Positions 25,503 through 33,070 of a stretch of DNA of 34,491 bases are shown piece by piece (position 1 is the first letter of the stretch; the number at the start of each line of letters is the position of its first letter). Origin of the DNA: Methanobacteriota archaeon (lineage in GTDB: Archaea > Halobacteriota > Methanosarcinia > Methanosarcinales > Methanogasteraceae); the NCBI GenBank assembly GCA_034659315.1, contig JAYEGZ010000121.1, positions 1 to 34,491 on the forward strand, written 5' to 3'. The notes under the pieces were generated by a model. That model saw only the letters and a list, made by a program, of their open reading frames with translations, was not told the origin of the DNA and searched no databases. A program made the position numbers and the translations under genes.

Positions 25503-26270
25503 ATGAATGTATCTGAAATTATGGTAAAGCCAGTGCGCATAGAGAAGTCGGAGAATTTGTCTCATGCAATGGACCTTATGAGCAAGCACGAAACCAGACG
25601 GTTACTGGTCACAAACAGGGGCGAACTTATGGGTGTGTTAACTATGCGAAACATTGCACGCGCACTTGGCACGAGCAGAAAACCGGGAATGCCAGCATCA
25701 TCGTTGCATGTCGCAACAGCGGTCGGCGATGAGTATTCCACAGTTCCGCCTGAGATGGGTGTGAACGATGCCATATCAATTTTACAGCAACAACATGGCA
25801 TACTTTGTGTAATGGATGGTGATGATATTATTGGCTGGGTCACGCCTGAAGAGATCTTGAAGACCTGTGGTATGGAGGGGTTTGCTGCTGAATTCATGAA
25901 AACGCCGATCACTGCCGCACCGGGCGACCGTGTTGTTCATGTGCGAAGGATAATGATGGACCGGGATATCGGGCGGCTTCCGGTGGTTGACGAGTATCAG
26001 GTGGCAGGGATCATCACCGAGAAGGATATAGCAAAGGCGATGCGGGCGATCCGCGACATGGTTCCTGCAAACCAGCAAGATAGCCGCGTCAAGAACCTGC
26101 TGACAGAGGATGTTATGAGTCGCGGCGTCAAAACCGTGTACACAAACTCCCCCATATCGGCGGTTGCGGATATTGCACTTAAGTTTGGCTACGGCGGAGT
26201 CCCTGTGCTCAATCTCGAAGAGGATCTTGTTGGATTCATCACTCGCAGAGATCTTGTTGCAAAGATGTGA
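25503..26270 (+). CDS. CBS-domain protein (four CBS motifs, no effector domain)
   Basis: RRLLVTNRGELMGVLTMRNI, GILCVMDGDDIIGWVTPEEI, GRLPVVDEYQVAGIITEKDI, GGVPVLNLEEDLVGFITRRDL. It starts 2 nt after the previous stop. Confidence 0.85.
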   Translation: MNVSEIMVKPVRIEKSENLSHAMDLMSKHETRRLLVTNRGELMGVLTMRNIARALGTSRKPGMPASSLHVATAVGDEYSTVPPEMGVNDAISILQQQHGILCVMDGDDIIGWVTPEEILKTCGMEGFAAEFMKTPITAAPGDRVVHVRRIMMDRDIGRLPVVDEYQVAGIITEKDIAKAMRAIRDMVPANQQDSRVKNLLTEDVMSRGVKTVYTNSPISAVADIALKFGYGGVPVLNLEEDLVGFITRRDLVAKM

Positions 26271-26375
26271 GCCCGGGTTTTTCGGTTCGGGACATGGGGG
26301 GCCGGTGTGGGTAACCCGGGTGTCGCCAAAACCGGAAAACCCCCTGACATTTGACTATAGTGGTTTTTGGGCGTA

Positions 26376-26792
26376 CTATCGCACCAGTATATCGCCATTG
26401 CCGGTTATCGCGATCTCGAAATCGACCACCACCACCCTGTGCCGTATCCTGCGCCCGGTAAGTTCCCGGATTCTTGATGCGAGTGCGACGCCATCATAAC
26501 GTACATGCATATCCGCATCCGATGCATCAGCTTTTGAATAGACCATCCCGACCAAATCATCAAGACCGGTGCCCTCCACAACTTTGAACCAGACCGGTGC
26601 GACAAGCATCTTGACAAATTCCAGGGTGTTTTCAGCCTGCTCGATATTCTTGCGTGCCGTTTTTTCGATGGCAGAGATGTTCTGTTTCGTCGTGCCCAGT
26701 TTGGCAGCGATCCCTTCCTGAGAGCAGCCATCGTTCCGCAGTCTCAGTACCTGCATCTGCCGCTCTGTGAGTGTTGTATTACTTGCTGCCAT
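26376..26792 (-). CDS. tfx: Tfx-family DNA-binding transcriptional regulator
   Basis: LTERQMQVLRLRNDGCSQEGIAAKLGTTKQNISAIEKTARKNIEQAENTL matches the Tfx N-terminal HTH layout. Start is set at ATG 26792 (MAASNTT); upstream in-frame ATGs are at 26807 and 26813. Confidence 0.8.
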   Translation of the reverse strand: MAASNTTLTERQMQVLRLRNDGCSQEGIAAKLGTTKQNISAIEKTARKNIEQAENTLEFVKMLVAPVWFKVVEGTGLDDLVGMVYSKADASDADMHVRYDGVALASRIRELTGRRIRHRVVVVDFEIAITGNGDILVR

Positions 26793-26944
26793 TGATTGTC
26801 TCTGCATGTACATGGCATATCAAGGTATGGATACTCAGGGTTGGACAAAACATCGTGGAGACCCGGCAGTTTCCAAAATCGGGTGATCCAAGCTTGCGGC
26901 TATGCCTAAAATCAATCTATAGCTGCAGGAAAATAAGAAGTCTA

Positions 26945-27229
26945 TTAATCCGGGAGCAATTTAGACAGATCGTCATAGAAATTGAGCACCAACTCAGTTA
27001 CCGGATTTTCACCATTCAGCGTAAACGTGCGAATCTGTTTTCCAACCTTCTTTTCGTCGATGATCCCGATTGCGAGCAGCGGTTCGATGACTCTTGAAAC
27101 ACTCGAATGGGAGAGTCCGGTCTCCTCCGCGATGCCCGAGAGGTACGTGAATGTGCCCCGGTTCTTCATCAGATTCTCAAGAACGATCATCTGTGCCGTC
27201 CTTCCAAACGTTTTTTCGAGTGCGCTCAT
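26945..27229 (-). CDS. small winged-helix transcriptional regulator
   Basis: 95 aa from ATG 27229 (MSALEKTFGRTAQMIVLENL...YLSGIAEETGLSHSSVSRVIEPLLAIGII). CTTATAAATAA lies about 25 nt upstream, which suggests a near-leaderless transcript. The track's longer N-terminus looks non-coding. Confidence 0.7.
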   Translation of the reverse strand: MSALEKTFGRTAQMIVLENLMKNRGTFTYLSGIAEETGLSHSSVSRVIEPLLAIGIIDEKKVGKQIRTFTLNGENPVTELVLNFYDDLSKLLPD

Positions 27230-27415
27230 GTGTTCATCTGTGCGTCCATTATTTATAAGATTACCCGTTTTTAAATTTGATAGGGCTGCTGTATGCCGGA
27301 TTTTTTGATCAATCGGCAGATAAGGTGTCACGGTCAGACGGCAGTAAACGGCTGCCCGGGTGAACGTGTGGAAGGACATGTTAATAAGCACTGTTGCACG
27401 CATAAATTATCATCG

Positions 27416-27736
27416 ATGGCACGAAAGAACCGTAAGAAACTGATCAGGGCTATTGCACAGCAGCAGATACAGCGACTGTTTGAGCTTGCGGATGTGATAT
27501 CGGAAACGCGCCCTGAATTAAGCGACCGTTATATATATCTGGCAAAACAGATCGGGATGCGGCACCGGGTGCGAATCCCCTCGCATCTGAAACGCAGGAT
27601 GTGCAAGCATTGCGGAAAGTATCTTGTTCCGGGCAGAACGTGCCGGGTACGGCTTAATTACGCTCGTGTCGTCATCACGTGTTATGCATGTGGCAAACAG
27701 ATTAGATATCCCTACAAAACACAGAGGAATCAGTGA
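27416..27736 (+). CDS. rnp4: RNase P protein component 4 (Rnp4/Rpp21 family)
   Basis: MARKNRKKLIRAIAQQQIQRLFELA... followed by the Zn ribbon CKHCGKYL...CYACG. 106 aa from ATG 27416. Confidence 0.88.
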   Translation: MARKNRKKLIRAIAQQQIQRLFELADVISETRPELSDRYIYLAKQIGMRHRVRIPSHLKRRMCKHCGKYLVPGRTCRVRLNYARVVITCYACGKQIRYPYKTQRNQ

Positions 27737-27738
27737 TT

Positions 27739-28479
27739 ATGGCAAAAAATATCATCCCGCTATCGACGGTCGACTGGTACGGGCGAGCCGTGACCGTGGT
27801 TTTCCTGATGGGCTGCCCGTTTCGCTGCCCGTACTGCCAGAACCACGCGCTCCTCGAGATGCGGAAACTGACTGCAGAACCGGCTGATGTTGGAGAGATT
27901 AAATCAGAGATCAAAAAGAACTCCCTCCTTATAAGTGGTGTCGTTTTCACCGGAGGCGAGCCGTTTCATCAATTAGATGCGCTCCGGCATCTCGCGGAGT
28001 TCACTCACAAACAGGGGTTGTTGACAGGCGTTGAAACGAATGGGTACTATACCGAGCGGATCAGGCAGATGATCGATGCGCATCTCGTTGACATGATATG
28101 CATGGACGTGAAGGCTCCACTGAAACGGGATGCATACCTGCATATCTGCGGCATCGATGCGGCAGACCATGTCGTGGATTCGTTGAGGCTCTGTGACTTG
28201 TGCAGGGGAAACGAGATCGACTTTGAGGTACGAACGACGGTATTCCCCGATCTTGTTGGGTCACCCCATGAGATACAATCGATCGCCACGCAGGTTAGAG
28301 AGTTTGCTGGTGATGTGCGATACATCCTTCAGCAGGGTATACCGGAGCACGCATGGAAGAAGCCATCTCCGCGGTCGTTTACGCGGGACGAGTTGATGGC
28401 GCTTGCAAGAAACGCAAAGCCAGCTCTGTCAGACGTCCGAATCCGGACAAAGGAATTTGGCGAGGAGCGTGTAGGGTAG
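27739..28479 (+). CDS. radical SAM activating enzyme (anaerobic ribonucleotide reductase activase-like)
   Basis: STVDWYGRAVTVVFLMGCPFRCPYCQN (CxxxCxxC cluster motif) and VVFTGGEP. GTG 27733, overlapping the rnp4 stop, is the alternative start. Confidence 0.75.
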   Translation: MAKNIIPLSTVDWYGRAVTVVFLMGCPFRCPYCQNHALLEMRKLTAEPADVGEIKSEIKKNSLLISGVVFTGGEPFHQLDALRHLAEFTHKQGLLTGVETNGYYTERIRQMIDAHLVDMICMDVKAPLKRDAYLHICGIDAADHVVDSLRLCDLCRGNEIDFEVRTTVFPDLVGSPHEIQSIATQVREFAGDVRYILQQGIPEHAWKKPSPRSFTRDELMALARNAKPALSDVRIRTKEFGEERVG

Positions 28480-28537
28480 GGGATAAACAGCATCGATAGC
28501 CTGCATTGCCGGGTTATACTTTAACCATGGGGTACAT

Positions 28538-28667
28538 GTTTAGCTAACCACAAGATTACACCAATTTCCACGAGAGCGTATGAGGCAGCAGGTTATAAAA
28601 TGCAAACATATCGCTTGCCAATCTCGTGCAATCTTGTGAAATCTCGTGGTTTTCAACCTTAGCTAAA
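28538..28667 (+). repeat. MITE-like palindromic element, copy 4 (internal deletion relative to copy 2)
   Basis: GTTTAGCTAACCACAAGATTACAC...CCACGAGA...AAATGCAAACATATC...TCTCGTGGTTTTCAACCTTAGCTAAA. It aligns with copy 2 except for a central gap of about 22 nt. Confidence 0.85.
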
Positions 28668-28716
28668 TATATGTGTACATAAAATCAGAACAGACCAGTC
28701 CCAGGGGTTAAATAGA

Positions 28717-29709
28717 TCATACACAAGCGGTAAGAGCAACCGGTAATATTGGAATACCTGCAACGACGCATCCAGCCACATATCCGAGGATCGCGCCCGT
28801 ATTCAAAAAAGGCAGCCCGGCCTGTGGCTTTCCACCCATCACAACGATCATCAGCACGGTGTATCCAATAAGCGTCCCGATTGCCGCAAGAACTACGGGA
28901 AGCGCGATTCCTCCGAGCAGTGGCAACTGCACCGCCATGCATCCGGCAGGGAGAAATACACTGGCTGATACCACAAGGATCGTGGGCATCACCGCATCGC
29001 CAAGTCCCATAAAGTATGCGCCGCGTTCTCCGTCACCCGCCTCAGCCGCAAAGTCCTGTTTCACGAAGGAGTAATCCCGCCGCTTTGGAACCACAAAGAG
29101 GATCGGTGCGTGCAGATCCATCACACCCTCGGCGAGCGTGATCATGTGTTTTGTCTTGTAAACCGAGATGATGTCGTATATTGTGAGAAGGATCAGCAGG
29201 ATGAGTGTGGGGAGAATCTCAAGCGATATCCCGATGATTGCGCTTGCGCCCGCGCCGACAAGGATTCCGGTAATATCAACCACATACCACTCAGGAAACT
29301 TGTACAAGAGTACAGTGATCGCCGTTGTCAGGAGTATTGCGGGTACATTGCCTATGAATATGACAAAGACGTAATACATGGTTGCTGCTACTGCAAACAG
29401 CAGTATCGCGTGGAGGATGTATTTTTTATCAGTCTTGATCACGAAGAGAATGAAGACTGTGAACGCTAATATAAGTAGGATATAATACACGGGATTCCAG
29501 ACCGATGCCGGGTTTTCGAATGCTTGCATCCCTTCAGCTTCCATCGGACTTGCCATCGTCAGTGCAAGCACCTGCACGATGACGATGAATCCTGCCATGC
29601 CGATGAGAGGGAGATATTTGGATATCTGTTTCACATTATTGACTTGGGGTGCTCGTGTTTGTAAACCTATTGGAAAAACAGCAGTCTCCAACCAGGGAAT
29701 CATTACCAT
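28717..29709 (-). CDS. presenilin/signal-peptide-peptidase homologue (PSH-type intramembrane aspartyl protease)
   Basis: Catalytic motifs are LTIYDIISVY (YD) and FMGLGDAVMP (GxGD), plus a QAGLPFLNTGAILG (PAL-like) region. It is polytopic throughout. An alternative GTG start at 29634 would give a length close to characterised PSH. Confidence 0.9.
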   Translation of the reverse strand: MVMIPWLETAVFPIGLQTRAPQVNNVKQISKYLPLIGMAGFIVIVQVLALTMASPMEAEGMQAFENPASVWNPVYYILLILAFTVFILFVIKTDKKYILHAILLFAVAATMYYVFVIFIGNVPAILLTTAITVLLYKFPEWYVVDITGILVGAGASAIIGISLEILPTLILLILLTIYDIISVYKTKHMITLAEGVMDLHAPILFVVPKRRDYSFVKQDFAAEAGDGERGAYFMGLGDAVMPTILVVSASVFLPAGCMAVQLPLLGGIALPVVLAAIGTLIGYTVLMIVVMGGKPQAGLPFLNTGAILGYVAGCVVAGIPILPVALTACV

Positions 29710-29777
29710 GTCCGGATAACTGTGCCACTGCGCTTGCAGACTGTGAATGGTGTGTTATATTTTAATAACTCCATGTT

Positions 29778-30230
29778 TCATGGCTTAACATTGAACGGTT
29801 CAGCTCTTCCATTATCCAGATCTTTAATCGAAATGTTTGGTACTGGAACACCATACCAGCGTTTTCCTTGCTTTTGCAACGGAAATTTATCGAGTGCTGC
29901 GCCTTTCAACTCCTGTTTGGTGCTGCCACTGCGATAATGGTATTGACCATTATAGCTGACCGGATAAGGATATGGCTTCACCACAATTTCCAAATACATA
30001 ATATCATTGTCTATTTTTAAATTCACATCTACAATAACTTCAAGAATATTAAATATTTTATTTGAAATATCTTTTAATAGTTTATGCACATTGGGAATAC
30101 CTGTTGCAATCCCTTCATCATTTACGCCGATGATGAGTTTTCTTCCATGTGCATTAGCAAAACCGCATATCCATTTGATATATTCATCCCGCCAGTCCTC
30201 TCCCCATTCGACATTCTGGTTTTCGGTCAT
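29778..30230 (-). CDS. AlbA_2 (Schlafen-like) domain protein, 3'-truncated fragment
   Basis: VEWGEDW...ICGFANAHGRKLIIGVNDEGIATGI...YPYPVSYNGQYHYRSGSTKQELKG matches the AlbA_2 N-terminal domain of ~400-480 aa ATP-binding regulators. The ATPase and wHTH parts are missing. The surrounding DNA is AT-rich. Confidence 0.7.
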   Translation of the reverse strand: MTENQNVEWGEDWRDEYIKWICGFANAHGRKLIIGVNDEGIATGIPNVHKLLKDISNKIFNILEVIVDVNLKIDNDIMYLEIVVKPYPYPVSYNGQYHYRSGSTKQELKGAALDKFPLQKQGKRWYGVPVPNISIKDLDNGRAEPFNVKP

Positions 30231-30572
30231 ATCAACCTCGTCTTGCTTGTGAGCAATTCCTTTCTAATCTGTGTGGGTGAGTAGTTACGAAAAAAAATAG
30301 GATAATAGCCGGATAACACAAAAAAAGGTTGAGCAAGATCATCCATTTAAAATGTGGGTCCGTACCACTGCATTTGCGGCGCCAACACCGACATCAACCC
30401 TGGGTGTAGATGTAAACTTCCCGGGTTTTGGAGCAATACTCGCAGCCACATCTCTCTTTGCAGTTATCTGTATCATGAGGGTGAGGCGATGGTGAACCCC
30501 CGAACGGGCAACGGTTGCATGCCCTTGCGCCAGAGACGTTGGGCGTATGCGTTATGTGGGGCTCACATACTT

Positions 30573-31685
30573 TTATTCATCAGATATAGATTTCCATGTC
30601 ATAACCAGCGCCCCGAGTCCCGCGAGTATCACGATCAGACTGATCAAAAATCCTAACAGCGGAATCCTGGTTGCAAAAGCGATGACAATCAGTCCGACAA
30701 CCAGATGCCAGTATGGCGACGAAATCTCCTGTTTTGCATACGTCGTGATGCGTCTGCCAATCGCCAGTCCGACAAATATCTTGGATATGTATAATATTAT
30801 GATATATACAAACAAAACAATAAGTCCAAGCGGGAGACCGATCACGGTCAGCATCAGAATCAGCGCTATCAATGGAATTGCTATCAACAACAGAACTCCT
30901 GATCCAAGACTCTTCAGGATTTGGGTAGCGATGGTATCAGATACCCTGACGGTTGTTTTCCCTGTGAATCTGACCATCAAGAGACCTATGAGCAGAATAC
31001 TCAGGAATGAGATGATGGATGATGTTGTCTTCGAGTGGATGTCTTCGACTTTCTTTTCAGATCTCTTGTAAACCACATCCCCGATCACAGTGCCTGCCGG
31101 TATTTCGATCTCCTTATCACTCGTGTATTCGAGATCTCCCTGGATTCTTGCAGACTGGAGAATCTGGATTTTATTGGCATAGATGGTAGCATTTCCATCG
31201 ATTGCCCCGCCTATGACAACGCTTCCACCAGCACATGAAAGGTCTGAACCGACATGTCCTGCGATTTTAATCGAACCTCCTGCTACATCGAGGTCACCGC
31301 CCACATCACTGTTACTGCTTGCTGTGATTGTGCCACCCGCAATCATTGCATTATCAGTAACTGAGCCGCGCAGATGAATATCACCGCCTGCCGCTCTGAG
31401 ATCGTCGCCTATCTTGCCATCTATGATCAATGATCCGCCCGTGATCCATACATCATCATTGACCCCGCCAGCAACTTCGATATTTCCGCCAGCAGCTATC
31501 AGATCCCCGGAAATATCGCCATTAATCATGATTGTGTCGCCAGCAACGAGCAGGTCATCCTCCAGAACCTCCCCACCCTCAATAGTAAACTGGTCAGCGA
31601 CAAACATCTCTGTAGCGGTCACTGGCGCGCATAGCAAGAGGGCTGATAAAAACAGTAGCATCAATAAGTTATCCGGAAAATTCAT
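30573..31685 (-). CDS. signal-peptide beta-helix (bactofilin-like repeat) protein with polytopic C-terminal membrane domain
   Basis: ATG 31685 (MNFPDNLLMLLFLSALLLCAPVTA). About seven ~17-aa repeats follow (GDISGDLIAAGGNIEVA / GGVNDDVWITGGSLIID / GKIGDDLRAAGGDIHLR ...), then about five predicted TM helices. The track's 54-aa N-terminal extension looks non-coding. Confidence 0.8.
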   Translation of the reverse strand: MNFPDNLLMLLFLSALLLCAPVTATEMFVADQFTIEGGEVLEDDLLVAGDTIMINGDISGDLIAAGGNIEVAGGVNDDVWITGGSLIIDGKIGDDLRAAGGDIHLRGSVTDNAMIAGGTITASSNSDVGGDLDVAGGSIKIAGHVGSDLSCAGGSVVIGGAIDGNATIYANKIQILQSARIQGDLEYTSDKEIEIPAGTVIGDVVYKRSEKKVEDIHSKTTSSIISFLSILLIGLLMVRFTGKTTVRVSDTIATQILKSLGSGVLLLIAIPLIALILMLTVIGLPLGLIVLFVYIIILYISKIFVGLAIGRRITTYAKQEISSPYWHLVVGLIVIAFATRIPLLGFLISLIVILAGLGALVMTWKSISDE

Positions 31686-31914
31686 TTCGCCACCAGAACG
31701 ATCGTGGATTGTCATACTATTTAAGCCTATCGGACATGGAATTGTAGAGTCAGTCGTGTTCCTGAGGCTGGTTTCGGGGCAAAACAGGCAGCCCATGAAT
31801 GCGTTGATGCTGGCGCATCGCAGAACACCGGGTGTTTCACCCCGCATTGCTTTTCAGCACATGCTTCCAGGCACGCTATAGGACATTTGTTTTCACATTT
31901 ATCATAAAATATTT

Positions 31915-31924
31915 CGATTAATCG
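31915..31924. promoter_or_regulatory. palindrome CGATTAATCG (candidate operator 1)
   Basis: A perfect 10-bp palindrome in the 440-bp divergent intergenic region between 31685 and 32126. Confidence 0.35.
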
Positions 31925-31966
31925 GAAGGTTTAAGTATCATCAACCAAACACATAGTATTGACAAG

Positions 31967-31978
31967 TCGATTAATCGA
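31967..31978. promoter_or_regulatory. palindrome TCGATTAATCGA (candidate operator 2)
   Basis: A perfect 12-bp palindrome with the same core as 31915-31924. The centres are 53 bp apart. Confidence 0.35.
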
Positions 31979-32125
31979 CCAGTCAGAACAAAATAAGGTG
32001 AGAAAGATGAAAAACAAAAACCCCGCAAGAATTATCCGGCTGCGAAAACTGCCATCGCTTGTGGACACTCTGAGCACGAAAACAGATACGCGGCGTGCTC
32101 TGCAGAACCACAGGAGGTGTACTGC

Positions 32126-33070
32126 ATGAACATGAACGCAATCGAGATACATGACCTTGCAAAGAGTTTCAACGGATCGCCCGTACTCGATGAAATAAGT
32201 TTCAATGTACGGAAAGGAGAGATATTTGGATATCTCGGTCCCAACGGTTCGGGTAAGACAACAACGATGCGTATCATGCTTGGTCTTCTGAAGCCGACCT
32301 CAGGCAGGGCACTGATCCTCGGAGATGAACCTGATGCGCACAATGGCGGTATCAGTGACAAGATCGGAGTTCTTCTGGAGAACAACGGGTTATATGAGCG
32401 ATTATCCGCATACCAGAACCTGCGGTACTACGCACGGCTTTACGGAGTTCCTGAGCAGGATAGAGTTGCGAAGATCGAGGGACTTCTCAAGTTCGCAGGG
32501 CTTTCCGACCGCAGGGACGAGAAGACCGGCAGGTTCTCGACAGGCATGAAACGGAAACTCGGGCTTGCAAGAGCAATGATTAACGATCCTGAGATCCTCT
32601 TCCTCGACGAGCCCACGTCAGGTCTCGATCCCGAGTCAAGGATTATTGTCAGGGACCTGATACTAAAGCTCTCGGAAGAGGAGGGCATGACTGTATTTTT
32701 AAATACCCACGACCTTGCAGAGGTCGAAAAGGTCTGCTCGAATGCCGCGATACTGGAAAGCGGGAGGATAAGGGCTTGTGACACGATAAATGGTCTGAGA
32801 AGGTCGCATGACACACCCGTTCTCGAGATAACTCTCGTCGATACCGGGTGTGCGGAGCGGACACTTGATCTCCTGAATTCGCAGGATCACGTGTATGATT
32901 GCGAGCGGGACGACAGAAGGGTAACCATCACATTAAACGATGAAAGCCCTTCGACGGTTCTCGCAATGCTTGTAACAAACGGCATAGCAGTGGAAGAGGT
33001 GAAAAATGCCACGAAGTCCCTGGAGGCGGTTTATCTTGATATTATGAAACGGAGGAGTGGGTACAATTGA
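32126..33070 (+). CDS. ABC transporter ATP-binding protein (ABC-2 exporter type)
   Basis: GGAGGTG lies 6 nt before ATG 32126. Walker A is GPNGSGKTT, the signature is FSTGMKRKL, and Walker B is ILFLDEPTSGLD. Confidence 0.92.
   Translation: MNMNAIEIHDLAKSFNGSPVLDEISFNVRKGEIFGYLGPNGSGKTTTMRIMLGLLKPTSGRALILGDEPDAHNGGISDKIGVLLENNGLYERLSAYQNLRYYARLYGVPEQDRVAKIEGLLKFAGLSDRRDEKTGRFSTGMKRKLGLARAMINDPEILFLDEPTSGLDPESRIIVRDLILKLSEEEGMTVFLNTHDLAEVEKVCSNAAILESGRIRACDTINGLRRSHDTPVLEITLVDTGCAERTLDLLNSQDHVYDCERDDRRVTITLNDESPSTVLAMLVTNGIAVEEVKNATKSLEAVYLDIMKRRSGYN

Noticed and set aside
5769-28667. Whether the four repeated elements could be a CRISPR array or CRISPR remnants
   Set aside because: The copies are 3-16 kb apart, in both orientations, 130-155 bp long and internally palindromic. 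There are no regularly spaced short repeats anywhere in the window.
30354-30656. 100-aa plus-strand ORF
   Set aside because: It is Cys/Arg/His-rich, overlaps the 3' end of the beta-helix gene in antisense, and has no SD or motifs.
31686-31847. 54-aa N-terminal extension of the beta-helix ORF (track start 31847)
   Set aside because: The extension precedes an excellent signal peptide that starts at ATG 31685 with GGTGG upstream. The extra residues (MRGETPGVLRCASINAFMGCLFCPETS...) look non-coding.
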